Of a stretch of 64,000 nt of DNA, positions 12,731 to 24,746 are shown one piece after another. Source of the DNA: Ginglymostoma cirratum (taxonomy: Eukaryota). Below the pieces are notes generated by a model. The model was not told the origin of the DNA. It ran no database searches and worked only from the letters and a program-made list of their open reading frames with translations. The DNA lies in the NCBI GenBank assembly GCA_024137785.1, contig JAHRHZ010000098.1:16591563-16655562 (forward strand), written 5' to 3'. Each line of letters opens with the position of its first letter. Within the stretch, counting starts at the first letter, position 1. A program made the position numbers and the translations under genes.

Positions 12731-14559
12731 TGTTGTTCTTCAGTACAAGTTGTTGGGTGATTTACAAATTTAAAACATCAAGCTCTATTTAAACTCTCCT
12801 TTTCCGACAAATTCTGATTCAATCTGTTTGCTCCTGGAAGACTAGTTTACTTGTAAGAATTGTGGCTTTAGGAATTTTAGAAATGTCATAAGATCACCCA
12901 CCAGCAATTAAGGAATGAAACACAAATTCTCATTGTAACTATTGTAATTGTGTATTATGTAATGATCATCAAATCAACAATAAGCAGACGTTTTTAGTAT
13001 GCTTTAAAATGTATAAACTAAGTAGGCACCTGGAAGACTGGAGGGTTCATTTTCAAAACTCATGGTGGCTTTACTCTCCCCAGCTCTGTGATCTTCTTTA
13101 CCTTTGGGTGTCGGCGTATCCCTACAGTTCTACTAACTCGCACCTTCTTGTGTATCTGTCCTGGGCTACACCATCTGTGCATTCTGCATTCAGGGATTCT
13201 CTTTCTTAAGCAATGCTAAACTTCTTCACTTGTAAACTCTGCCTATTTAGCCTCTCCCTTTTCTTATTTACTATCTTTGATCAAATTTCTATTCCCTTCT
13301 TTGTATCCAGTGCTGTCTCTGCAAGTATCTGAAAGGTGCTAGATCAGTGGGAGTTGTTAAGTTTCACTTTGATTGCTGTTTATGGTTGATGCTAATGCAA
13401 AGGACATTTGTTGGTGTCTAGCTTTGAGATTGTTTGTCAAGTTGGATCAATATTTAAATTGCTGATATGAAACTCTTGGATCCGTGCTCAGAAGGAGTAA
13501 GAGGTATTAATGCTGAAAGGGCCATTTACTTCATAACTTTTAGACAGCGAGAAAAGATCAAGGGAAACATCACAGATGCCATTTGCAACCTCAACCCCAT
13601 TTGGCTCAGAGGTCTGAGAGTTTATATTCATGTTGTGACAAGTACTGAGTAAAAATAATACCTGTTGAAGAGGAACGAGCCCCTTTTAAGACACGTAATG
13701 TTACATAAGGTAATGGTTCTGAAAGGGTTCATTTTAGAGCCTGCATTTAGTTCTGCCCAAATGGATAATGCCCTAAGAGCTTGAGTGTGGGAAAGGCAGA
13801 GCATGTTAGGATCTTGAAGGGTGAAGACTTTTACTTGCAGGTCTCCCAGTCATCTTAGTAGCAACATCTAACCTACCTCATGTAGTTGGTACCTGATTGC
13901 TAACGCACTATAAAGTACGTCATCCCTCTTCTCATTAAAATCCCATGGTGATATTCCCTTCCCTTATAAACCAAGTAGGCCCTTAGACCCTGTCACACAA
14001 AGAGCATGGTGACTGCACGCTACCCAACCACAAGCTTGCAGTGGCTGCCATTGCAGCGACGTAAAACAGATGAAACAAGGTGGAAAAGCTGCTTTTGAAA
14101 CCACAGCATCAATATTTGTGTCCCAACATGAAATCGATGGTTGGGTTGACAGCAAGAGTGTATTGAAGGAGTCAGAGAGGTAGACTACCCCACAGTCGGG
14201 GTCATCTTTCGTTTAGGTGTGTTATGACCAGGTGAGAAGGGGTGCATTGGCTTCCGTTTTTTTCAACACGCGGTTTTTTTGGCACAACGTCTTCATGAGC
14301 AAAAGGGAGAGCGATTTTATTGTCTGCTAACCCTGTGAAAAGTAATAACATCAAGGATACATACGCACAAGTACAAAGATAAAAGGGGAAAGTGTCCAGC
14401 AAAAAAGGGGGTAACAGAATCTACAAATCTGTATTTCTTTGAGTGTCCTTCAGACTTTTAACGTGAGACTATTATTGGTTAGCTAGGCTCTCAAAGCTTC
14501 AGAATAGCAAATATTGCAGTTAGTATGTACGGTCTCAGTTAATAGCTCTAATAACGCCT

Positions 14560-14940
14560 CCTCTTTTATATTAACGCGTTAATATTAAGGCAACATTCCA
14601 TTTCTCTTTTGATTATTCTAGTACCTGACTATTACATCTTCTAGAGATCTGTGTATGTAGACTCCTTGCAATCCTTGAACCTCTCCGTTTGTAATTTTTC
14701 ACTATTTAAGTTATACTCTGATTTGTACTGTTCTTGTACGAAATGGCTGACTTTGCATTTTGCTGCCTTGAAATTTATGTGTCATGGTTTGCCTGTTCAA
14801 TTTATTAATGTCTCTTTATAACTTTATGTTCTAGCCTGCATTAATTTTTGAAGCCCCAGCGCAAGTCCTTGTTGGACACCATTTCTTTCTTATTCAAGTA
14901 CATATCCACTATCCATGTACTTTGGTATCCACTGCCTAAC
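14560..14940 (-). mobile_element. Old CR1 LINE ORF2 (RT C-terminal) fragment
   Basis: The minus strand retains traces of CR1 motifs: aaatttcaaggcagcaaaatgcaaagtcagccatttc (F...KCKV.HF), tataacttaaat (Y.LN) and aaggagtctacatacacagatctcta (GVYIHRSL). Confidence 0.5.
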
Positions 14941-15087
14941 AAGGACAATATTTTTTCTTATATCTGTTCATAGGATGTGAACATCATTGGCACGACCAGC
15001 AATTATTTTAACAACCTAATTTGTGTTTGAAAATCTGGTGGTGCCTTCAAACTTTCTGAATATCCATGAACCGTATTTATAGCAATA

Positions 15088-15220
15088 AAACCAAAAGAAC
15101 TCTGAATGCTGGAAACCAAAAAGGAAAAGAGAAATTGTTGGAAAAACTCAGCAGGTCTGGCAGCATCAGCGGAGAGAAGTCAGAGTCAGTACTTTGGGAC
15201 CAGTAATCTTTCTTCAGAAC
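15088..15220 (-). mobile_element. PLE terminal-repeat (pLTR) fragment, family B, decayed hammerhead core
   Basis: ctcagcaggtctggcagcatc..ggagagaa...cttcttcagaac, homologous to 31785-31880. Confidence 0.75.
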
Positions 15221-16061
15221 TTATTTATAGCTAACAGTTTGTTATGTGGACACACAGAAGTAAGCAAAAGAAAGCTTTCAAGGTGACATACTATACAGGA
15301 TTTCCTTGTATATTTTGATGAAATCATACATTCACCCTTAATTGATATTTCTTGAGTCAAATAATCCTTTAATTTGGATATATTGAAACAGTTCACTTTT
15401 AAATTAAGTATGGTGGAATTGATATTTTTAAAATTGCACTTGAATCATTATTCCTAGCCATGAGTTGAGATAATTGTGCTGAGAGCTGGCTGTGAGTGAT
15501 GCCAGAGAGAAACCACAGTTGTTGGTGCTCAAGAGGCCGAGGTAAATGATGGGATTACAATAATGCTGAAGAGACTGGCAAAATCTGTTTGATAAGTTCC
15601 ACAAGCACCTTCACTGGGGATACATAGCAATGATGGAACTGATGTATTCAGCTATTGATAAAGTTAAACTGTAATGCTCTTGAATATTGTTTTTCAATCT
15701 CAGGGCTGCTTGATTGCTTTTTGATTTCAATAGAACTGTAATTTCCTTCATCAGATAATGCTGTCAGATGAGAGCTGTCACCACTTTTAAACACACTGGA
15801 TTTTCATTTACTCAACAGAAGGTATCGTGGTGACTCTTAAAACGTGCTACAATGAGAATAATTGCATTAGAAGCTTTGCAAGGTTCCTGCATTACGTTCT
15901 GCTTTTGTGTCTCAGTCCAGAAATGTAGTAGCAATTAACTCGTGATTCCTTCCAATATGTTTAACTAAGGTTTATCATGGAATGAAGTACTTTATTCCAC
16001 TCAGTTTACAACATCAATTTTTAGAATGAAAAGATACTCTAGCTGACCATTAAAGTTTAAG

Positions 16062-16461
16062 NNNNNNNNNNNNNNNNNNNNNNNNNNNNNNNNNNNNNNN
16101 NNNNNNNNNNNNNNNNNNNNNNNNNNNNNNNNNNNNNNNNNNNNNNNNNNNNNNNNNNNNNNNNNNNNNNNNNNNNNNNNNNNNNNNNNNNNNNNNNNNN
16201 NNNNNNNNNNNNNNNNNNNNNNNNNNNNNNNNNNNNNNNNNNNNNNNNNNNNNNNNNNNNNNNNNNNNNNNNNNNNNNNNNNNNNNNNNNNNNNNNNNNN
16301 NNNNNNNNNNNNNNNNNNNNNNNNNNNNNNNNNNNNNNNNNNNNNNNNNNNNNNNNNNNNNNNNNNNNNNNNNNNNNNNNNNNNNNNNNNNNNNNNNNNN
16401 NNNNNNNNNNNNNNNNNNNNNNNNNNNNNNNNNNNNNNNNNNNNNNNNNNNNNNNNNNNNN
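16062..16461. other. Assembly gap (400 N)
   Basis: Run of n in the sequence. Confidence 1.
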
Positions 16462-16466
16462 AAATG

Positions 16467-16590
16467 GTGAAGGGTTTAGGCCCGAAACGTCAAGTTTTCC
16501 TGCTCCTATGATGCTGCTTGACCTGTTGTGTTCATCCAGCCCCATGCTTGTTATCTCGGATTCTCCAGCATCTGCAGTACCTTTTATCTC
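16467..16590 (+). mobile_element. PLE pLTR-derived short element, family A (young subfamily), abutting the gap
   Basis: gaagggtttaggcccgaaacgtcaag...ctccagcatctgcagtaccttttatctc is nearly identical to the arms of 21476-21651. Confidence 0.85.
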
Positions 16591-16649
16591 TGATCCAATA
16601 AGCAGTTGTCTTCTACCATCTTTATCAGTTATCTGAAGAAAGGTTGAAT

Positions 16650-16742
16650 TTATCTAGCACCTTTCATGAACCCAGAGTATCTCAAATTGGTATAAGACAA
16701 TGAAATACTTTTTGAAGTGAAGTCACTGTGGTAGCGTAGAAA
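16650..16742 (-). mobile_element. Deu-domain SINE 3' tail fragment
   Basis: tagcacctttcatga...caatgaaatactttttgaagtg.agtcactgt is the reverse complement of the tail seen at 21660-21730 and 50140-50270. Confidence 0.55.
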
Positions 16743-17428
16743 GCCCTTAGTGTATCATTCCAATAAGACCGGAGTAGAAGTTATAGCCCAGGAAGGAATT
16801 CCCCATGATTAGGCTCATGCTTTTAACTTGACTGTTTCCTACTTGACTGTAGCCTAATGAGCTGAGAAACTATTGATGCCAGCCCACAGAGACAATAATG
16901 TCGAAGTCTGTACTGACTTCGCTAAACTCAAGTGAGGTACATGGAATTAAATCAAAGATCAGGTAAGATCTCACTTAAGGGCTGAAACATATTTGAAGAG
17001 CTAAATGGTTTATTCCTTTTCCTGTTTTACAGTTGGGGGAATACAGTTGAGCTGAGTAATTTTGGAGTAGAGAGAATAAACCAAAAGCAAGTGTTTTCAA
17101 TTTGTTTTATTTTGACCCATCTTTACCTTCTGAATGAATCCACCATCCCCTCTTTTGTTAATGTCCTTGGGGGGGGCTAGAGTGGACAGAGGGCCATCAG
17201 TGTGGTATCTGATTGAAAGGCGCTCAAGGAGGATTCATCATGTGTGGCACAGTTCTACCAGTTGTCTCCTCACCAGGAGGAGATAGGATTCTGTCCAATG
17301 CTTCATCAAATACTAACATGGCTGGAAGCTGAGATTTCAACTTCCCACAAAATAATTTCCATTGTTGAATCAAATGTAATGTTTACATATTGTTTGACTT
17401 TCAAATAATGGCCATAGAGTCAATATGA

Positions 17429-17715
17429 ACACAGCAAGCTCCCATAAATGCCAGTGAGATAATGACCAGACCTTTGATTTTGTTGTTGGTGTTGATCGAG
17501 GGGTTAGTGTTGGCCAGGAAACCAGGGATCACCCCTCTGTGATTCAAAATATTGCCAAGGGATCTTTAAGGTTTTGCTTTAGTCTGACAGCATTCCATCT
17601 TTCCTTACACATAAAGAAGGGAAGCCCTCTTTACCACTCATTTGAGAGAGAGCAGAAGGGGCCTTCATTGAGATTTTATCTGAAAGATGGCTCCTCTGAC
17701 ATCACAGCTCTGACC
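17429..17715 (-). mobile_element. Deu-domain SINE (SacSINE1/AmnSINE-related), internal fragment
   Basis: The reverse complement contains ctttcagataaaa, aaagatcccttggcaatattttgaa, cctggccaaca..aaccctcgatcaacacc and tctggtcattatctcactg. Confidence 0.7.
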
Positions 17716-18094
17716 ACTCCTTTTCTGATGGACAATTCTGTGATAATGGCTCATTCAATGAAGGATTCTGTTACAATCCCTATCTGTCACTGTCATTTTT
17801 CAATGATGGTCAGGGACATGGACGCATCGCGCAGGAAGAGGAGCAAGATTCACTTCCAGGAAAGACTAGTGACTCACTGGCTCAGTTCTTCTGCTGGTGA
17901 AACCCTCATCCATACCTTTTCATGGAGTCACATGTAGACCAGACCAGGCCAATTGTAGCAGGTCCCCTCCCTTGAAGGACAATATTTGTTTTTTTCAGAC
18001 AACCTGAAAGTTTTCATGTTTTTATTTTGATTCTGTTCCACGAATTCTAAATTTTATGTAATTCAGCTTCACACCATAGAATGATTGTGGTAAC

Positions 18095-18245
18095 GAGCAA
18101 AGATGCCTTTAAGGGAAAACTAGGTAAATGCATGAGGGAGAAAGGTTCATGAGGATCTGCTGAGAGGGTGAGATGAAGAGGGGTGAGAGGGGGCTTGCGT
18201 CAAGTATAAACACCAACTGTGCAGAACAGTCTGTTTCTCACTGTA
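18095..18245 (+). mobile_element. Old CR1 3' tail
   Basis: tttaagggaaaactaggtaaatgcatgagggagaaagg (FKGKL..MREKG) ...agtataaacacca...ctgtttctcactgtaa. Confidence 0.6.
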
Positions 18246-18439
18246 ATTTTTTTATATGTAATTTTTCATGATTGGATTTGAACTCAATCTCTGGATTGTT
18301 AATCAGCTCCATTGGAATTCAGCTGCCATACTTGACAACACTTTTAATAAAATGTCTTTTTATGCCTTCTTTCAAGATTTTACCTGACGGCCTTGAGCTT
18401 TCCCAGAAGCCTGGGCTTGGATTTGATAGTTTTGCCCAG

Positions 18440-18797
18440 GACTTTTATAAAATAATGAGGGGTATAGACAGTTAATGGTAATTGTCTTTTCCCTAGGATG
18501 GGGGATTTCAAGACTTGGGGGGCACCTTTTTAAGGTGAGAGGAGAGAGATTTTAAAAAAGACATGAGGTGCAAATGTTTTACACAGAGGGTGGATCGTGT
18601 GTGGAATGAACTTTCAGAGGAAGTGGTGGATGCAGGTGAAATTACAACGTTTAAAAGAAATTTGGATAAGTGCATGAACAGGAAAGGTTTGGAGTGATAT
18701 GGGCCAGAATCAGGCAGGTGGGACTAATTTAGCTTTGAATCATGATCAGCGTGGACTGTTTGGACCAAAAGGTCTGTTTCCATGCTGAATGACTCCA
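18440..18797 (+). mobile_element. CR1/HER1-type LINE 3' end
   Basis: YKIMRGID, FKVRGERF, FTQRV.RVWNELSEEVVDAG..TTFKRNLDK.MNRKGLE, then a tail ggacc.aaaggtctgtttccatgctg shared with HE1. Confidence 0.9.
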
Positions 18798-18894
18798 TCC
18801 GATGATCTGTTGTCATTTATATATTTGAGTAGTGGACCAAGAAGCAGTATTTAAATCCCAACAAAGTTAAATCATTTCCAAAAATTACTGTCTG

Positions 18895-19170
18895 TTTGAC
18901 TAAAGAGTTGAGAACCAGAAACACAGATTTAAGGTGATTGGCAAAGGAACCAAATAGTGAATGGTTAGAATTGACAGGAATGGACTGGCTTAGAGAATGT
19001 TAAGACAATGACAACTATACTTATAAAACAAAGAAACATTTGTTCAGAAAAGAAATGCAGGGCAATGGGGAAAAGGGTAGGAGGGACTGGCTAAATTAAT
19101 AATATAAATTGCTAGCATATACTCGATGAGCTGAATGGCCTCCTTCAGTTCTGTAACCATTCTATATACT
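18895..19170 (+). mobile_element. Old CR1 3' fragment
   Basis: agaaccagaaacacagatttaaggtgattggcaaagg ... gatgagctgaatggcctccttc.gttctgtaaccattctat, a CR1 terminal stem-loop and tail. Confidence 0.65.
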
Positions 19171-19889
19171 TACTTGTGTCCTTGTTTTTCAGCAGGATAG
19201 CAATAATTTCTAAAAGAGTACGTTTGCAGATCCAGATTGGGGGAAAATGAAATGAGAAAGGTGGTATTTACTAATGACTACCACCAGAAAATATTTGATG
19301 TCAAATCAGTAAACTTTGCAGGAAATTTTGGGTTTTTTTGGAGGAGTTTGAGCATTCCACTGTTCACCTGCTCTGGAATTCTGGAAACAGCTATCTCTTG
19401 TCTTTAGTGTTCAGATTACGTTGACAAACATAGTCATCAGCCATGGGAGTCTGCTAATTTGACCGCGTTAGTAATATACTCATTTGTCTCCCATGATTTT
19501 GCCTATACTGAGCAAAGGATTAGATTGAGTCAGTAGCATTCTTTCTTAAGCACGATGCAGCCTCCGAAGACGCTAAAGTAGTGTGTGTACGAGGTGTGCG
19601 CATGACATCTGCTGTTCTGATAAGCACAATCAAGAACTGTCACCGACAGCACAGGAAGCAGGGAATGCCTAGTTTACTTAAGCAAGTTCAAGGCTTAATG
19701 TCTGCTTCAACTTTGGCTCTCCCATGAAAAGAGATGATGATTAACTAGACTGGTGTAGGTGATGAGTTTGGGGACAGCTGCTGCCAACAATGACAGGAGT
19801 AGATACATCACCCCCTACCATTCTCGGGCACTGCTGTTCTTTTTTGTCAGGTCGAAAGCTTCGTGAACTCTGTGTCCATGTAGAGTTAC

Positions 19890-20060
19890 CTTAGGGATAA
19901 ATGTTGGCTGCAAGAGCTTCCACATTGACCTGACAAACTAGGATAGGTCTTCAATTTAACCTCTCCGAAAGACAGCATTTTTAATGGTAGAGAAGTCCTT
20001 CAGTACTGCACAGGGCTTTTGACTTGGAGTATATTGTCTTGACATTGAAACCACAACTGC
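19890..20060 (-). mobile_element. Decayed Deu-domain SINE fragment
   Basis: gggataaatgttggc...ccgaaagacagca...ccttcagtactgcac...ttgaaaccacaac. Confidence 0.45.
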
Positions 20061-21280
20061 ACAGCACGCAGAAATATTATTTTATCTTAAAATATATTAG
20101 TCAATTGATTAGAGTGCTCTGCTTATAATTTTCCGTGCATTTTAATTATATTTTCATTTACCGATATATCTTAATTAGAGAAGTAATTACATAAAACAAC
20201 TATTTAACCTGACATGTGTAAGTCCTTATTTAATCGGATGTTCAAATAACTCAAATCTGATTAAAAATGAAATGGATCCTTTTCATAGCTGGATTATTTT
20301 GGTATGGATTGTGTTTTTAAACACATTCAGGACTATTGTTCATTTTGTGCTCAAGGACAATAATCTAACTCACCAATCATTCCTGTCAGCTAGGTCAAAG
20401 CCTAACAACTAACAATTTGGCATTTCTCATCTCGAGGATGAATATTAAGGCATGATTGAAAAAATTACATTGCAAACTGTAAAGTTGATAACCAACTTGC
20501 TTGCTCAGCTATCTGCAAGAGGCCAGCATAAAACTAATTTGACTTTGAAAAGAAGACAATCAGATGGCAAAAGTAACAATTAAATTCCTAAATTTTCTGA
20601 CCATCTCTTAAATTTCAGTTTAGGCATTGCATAATCAAGATGTTGTTACCCCCTTGCTGTTATTTGAATGAAATGACATGTACCAGAATGAGGATTTGTA
20701 TGCATATATACATTCTTTAGAAGCTGCTACTTTAGAAGATATTTCAAACAAAGAAGGGGTCCTCGCTATTATATGGCATTACAAATGTACAGTGATTGGG
20801 TCTCTAAAGTTAGCAACATTGGGAATAAAGAGGAAACCTTGAGCGTGAGTGAAAATGAACCATAAAACTTCGTTGTTGACTTAAACCTTGACTACCATCA
20901 TCCTCAGTAAAAGAAAACCAGGATGTTACTTAAAAACATAAATGTTGTACAAGGCTCATAACCAATTCATTCTTTTCTATACATTTTCTTTAATACTGAG
21001 TTATATTTGTTACTATTGACATTTATAGTTAAAATTCAAAGGATGTAAAAACTCTCATTTGTGACTTGATGGTCGTAATCTGCACTCTTGAATCAGAAAG
21101 TCATGAGTTCAAGCTTCAAGTAATCAAGACTGACACTTCTGTAGAGTACTGAGAGTACGCTAACCTATTATCATTCAGGTGCGATGTGAAACTAAAACAC
21201 AGTCTGAATGGCAACATCCAATGAAGAGAGAAATCAGACAACCTGACTAACATTTAACCCTTAACCAATTTCTAAAATAG

Positions 21281-21382
21281 ATTTTTTTTTCTGAAGAAAG
21301 GTCCAGACCCAAAATGTCAGCTTTCCTGCTCCTCTGATGCTGCTTGGCCTGCTGTGTTCAGCCAGCTCTCCACCTTGTTATC
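21281..21382 (+). mobile_element. PLE pLTR-derived element, family A, single arm, 10-bp TSD
   Basis: ctgaagaaaggtccagacccaaaatgtcagc...ttgttatc, flanked by tctaaaatag at 21271-21280 and 21383-21392. The hammerhead GAAA has decayed to AAAA. Confidence 0.85.
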
Positions 21383-21475
21383 TCTAAAATAGGTAGTCTG
21401 GTCACTTATTTCAATACTATTTGTGTAAACTTGCTAGTTGCAAATTGTTGTACAACACTACTCTTGCAAAGTACT

Positions 21476-21651
21476 AGAGATAAAAGGTACTGCAGATGCT
21501 GGAGAATCCGAGATAACAAGCATGGGGCTGGATGAACACAGCAGGTCAAGCAGCATCATTTCTGATGAAGGGTTTAGGCCCGAAACGTCAAGCTTTCCTG
21601 CTCCTATGATGCTGCTTGACCTGCTGTGTTCATCCAGCCCTATGCTTGTTA
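21476..21651. mobile_element. Fold-back PLE pLTR-derived mini-element, family A, 14-bp TSD, intact hammerhead core
   Basis: Inverted arms (gataacaagcatggggctggatgaacacagcaggtcaagcagcatcat / atgatgctgcttgacctgctgtgttcatccagccctatgcttgttatc). TSD tcttgcaaagtact at 21462-21475 and 21652-21665. Confidence 0.9.
21562..21589 (+). ncRNA. Minimal hammerhead-ribozyme core
   Basis: CUGAUGA-A-GGGU(UUAG)GCCC-GAAA-C-GUC. All core nucleotides are present, stem III is the palindromic ACGU type, and stem I is only about 3 bp (UUU/AAG). Confidence 0.65.
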
Positions 21652-23171
21652 TCTTGCAAAGTACTTATTGGCTGTAATGCTCTCTGGGATGTATTGAGGT
21701 TGTGAAATGTGCAATATAAATGCAAATCTCTCAAATATTTAGAATAATTATAGTACATTAATGGTGGTTCAGTCATGTAAGAGAGTTATGCTTAATTGTT
21801 TTGTGAGAATATTCAACTATTACATTTTTCTTCTTTAAGGAGTTGAATCCTGTAGTATAAGTTAGCTTGATTTGGGACTGGAAGGCGCTAAGCGTAGAAT
21901 GGTCTGGGATGGGAGAGATGTAACGGGTGGGGCATAAGCGAGTGTAGTGAATATTTAATATCAGGGTGCGTATGAAGATGATGGAGGTAAAGAGGAGTGA
22001 CTTGCCGTGTTGATGACCCAGGCTAATTTTGCAGAGCTGGGAATCTCAAGAATTTTGGTACCATAAAATTTACCTTCGTACTTTTCCTCTTCTGGACTGC
22101 CATCTGACCAGGACCAGCATGTCAATAAGGCTACTCTTACAACTAGATCCCAAATGAGGTTCCCACATTTAGTCCCAATCCAGGCCTAATGCCCAAATTG
22201 CCAAGCTTTTGAGTTACAGGATATGCACTGACTCTCTTTTTTTTATTCATCCACTCCCTCAGTTTCTCACAGTAAGGCTAATTTACAAAGGACCCCCTCC
22301 TTTGAGGATACCTTACCTCAAGATCAAATGAATTTATGCTTTGAAAGGACCTAGGCTTTCTGAGTAAACAGAAGAATAAGCTTATAAATTACTAATGCAA
22401 GAGGAAATAATAATGCAACACGCATACACACAGGTTGAAAATGAGAAGTCCAAACTATAATATTGAAAAATATATAGGTTAGCCTTGGGCATTTGTGAAG
22501 GGTGGATAGTAGAGCATTTAATAGGTAAGTAGTATATTTTGGGATTCCTGGCTGTGATGTCCTTATTCTTTCAGATTGTGGTCAGCTTTTGGCACTCAGA
22601 GAAAGACAGTCCCTTACCTGCAACACAGAAGTGACTAGAGGGTCATTCTTCAACTATGACCTTCTACAGCATGCTAGTGCTCGAATCCAGGCTAGCACAT
22701 TTAGTACCTCAGCCAACTGGCGCACACGTGGATTTTTAGAACAAAGCTTGCAGGTCAGTCTAATGACAGGTGTGACTATTCAGATGATCTACTTCTTGAA
22801 GTTTCCATGGATTAGATTTCCAATTTTATTTCTGATTTGAATCACAGGATCTGAATTGATATATATCACATCATGTGATTTCGACTAAGGCACAGTGCAT
22901 CACGTGGATAGCATCAAATCTGCATGGAAGATGAGAAACAAATCACGTGTTGTGTACATGTGGACAGGAATTGCCTGCAACAATAAGTTTTGCACGAATT
23001 TTTCAGCTTCATAAAAGAAGTGTTGCATGTTTTGCTTAGTTTCTATAAAGAGGGCATCACTGGGGTAGTAATGTATGATTCCATGTACCTTTACACCAGA
23101 GCACAAGCTAAAACTCAGCATATATTGCAAGCAATACATGAAGTTGTTAATAAATTTGCTTGAATCGCGTC

Positions 23172-23501
23172 AGAGATAGTAAGAACTGCAGGTGCTGGAG
23201 TCAGAGATGACACAGTGTGGAGCTGGAGGAACACAGGAAAGTTGATGTTTCGGGTCAAGGCCCTTCTTCAGAAATGGGAAGGGGGAGGGGAGCTCCAAAA
23301 TAAATAGACAGAGGATGGGTGGGGCTGGGGAAGGTAGGTGGGATGGTGATAGGTGAATGCAGATAGGGAGTGGTGGGGATTGGTCAGTGAGGTGGGAGGG
23401 GTGGATAGGCGGGAGAGAAGATGGACAGGTTGTGTCAGGTCAAGGAGGCGGGGATGAGAGGGAGGGTTGGTCATGGGATGAGGCTGGGGCTGGGGAGATT
23501 T
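23172..23501 (-). mobile_element. PLE 3' UTR/pLTR, family A, longer copy
   Basis: Family-A terminus gagatagtaagaactgcaggtgctggag. Minus-strand CUGAAGA-A-GGGCCUUGACCC-GAAA-C-AUC at about 23244-23271, followed on + by a purine/G-rich UTR. Confidence 0.8.
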
Positions 23502-24209
23502 TGTGTGTTTTGCATGACAAACGGGTTAAAAACTTGCTAAATAATTTCCTTCTGTAGACTGTGGTTATAGCCAACTGTTAGAGTTCCGAAAAGGTTCCTT
23601 AATAGGTTTAGGAATTGGCTATGTAGCTGGGAAAATGAGGCACAGACTGAAAAATGTGAACATGTGCCACCCAGGACAGTGAGTGAATGTGCTAAGACTG
23701 ATTTAATGCTCAGATTCTCATAAAATTCTATCCTAGGTCTAAAATACATGAGAACAAGAATTTAATTCCCTCAAAAGAAATTGCTCAACTGTTGCTGAAA
23801 AATAAATAGTTGGACAGGCAAATGTGAGTTTGTGCAACTAAATCTGAAAGATTTCATAAGACTTTACTTACTTTGGTTTCCCATAAAATAATGAGATCTC
23901 AGAAGGAAAAAAGTGAACATTTGTTGCAGTTTTGAAGATATATATGGCTGGTAGTGCTACCAATGACTCTGATTGATTTCCAGTTTCCAGGTCCTGTAGA
24001 TTTTGTGTAAGAATAAAAAGACTGAGGGAATATAAACTGCTATAAGCACTCAATGGTTCAGGCGTCATCTGTGCAGAGAGAAAATGAGTTAATCTTTCAT
24101 GTCAATGAGCTACTTTTGGGAAGGCTGAAAGTGTTTTAGGTTTTAAGGTAGTGCAGGGTACAATCTCTCAAATCCAACAGCCCCAGACTGTGCCAAATTG
24201 TGGATTTTC

Positions 24210-24746
24210 TTTTACTCATTCATGGGATATGGGCATTTATTGTACAGGGGATAGTTGAGGGTCAATGGATTGCTGTGGATCTGGATTCACATGTAGACCA
24301 GTCCAGGTACAGCTGGCAGTTTTCCTTCCCTGAAGGATATTAGTGAATCCGATGGGATTTTTCCCCAACAATTGGCAACAGTTTCATGGTCATCATTAGA
24401 CTCTGAATTGGGAACAATAACAAAGTTGCTGGAAAAGCGCAGCAGGTCTGGCAGCACCTGTGAAGGAGAAAAGAGTCAGGTGACCTTCCTCAGACCCGAA
24501 ACGTTAACTCATTTCTTTTTTTCCCTTCACAGATGCTGCCAGACCTGCTGAGCTTTTCCAGCAACTTTGTTTTTGTTCCTGATTTACAGCATCCACAGTT
24601 CTTTCGGTTTTTGTTGGACTCTTAATTCCAGATTTCCATTGAATTGAAATTGCACTGTCTGCCATGTTGGATTTGAACACAGGACCCTAGAATATTGCCT
24701 GAATATCTGGATGAATGGTCTAGTGATAATATCACTAGGCTATCCA
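24210..24746 (-). mobile_element. tRNA-derived SINE whose 3' tail matches the LINE at 40526-41808, interrupted
   Basis: Minus strand: tagcctagtgatattatcactagac (A box), gtgttcaaatcc (B box), body, and tail atatcccatgaatgagtaaa. Confidence 0.75.
24411..24612. mobile_element. Fold-back PLE pLTR-derived mini-element, family B, nested in a SINE
   Basis: Inverted arms ggaacaa.aacaaagttgctggaaaagc.cagcaggtctggcagca.ctgtgaagg and its complement. Probable TSD gactctgaatt (24399-24409) / gactcttaatt (24617-24627). Confidence 0.85.

Larger units (their letters stand above)
21061..21732 (+). mobile_element. Deu-domain SINE interrupted by two PLE-derived insertions
   Basis: tRNA head (gagttcaagc), actgacact...gtactgag, cctgactaacatttaacccttaaccaa, tctggtcacttatt, and tail attggctgtaa...gaggttgtgaaa..gcaatataaatgcaa. 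Collinear with 49796-50278. Confidence 0.7.

Noticed and set aside
16057-16545. 162-aa ORF
   Set aside because: Mostly X residues from the N gap plus a repeat arm.
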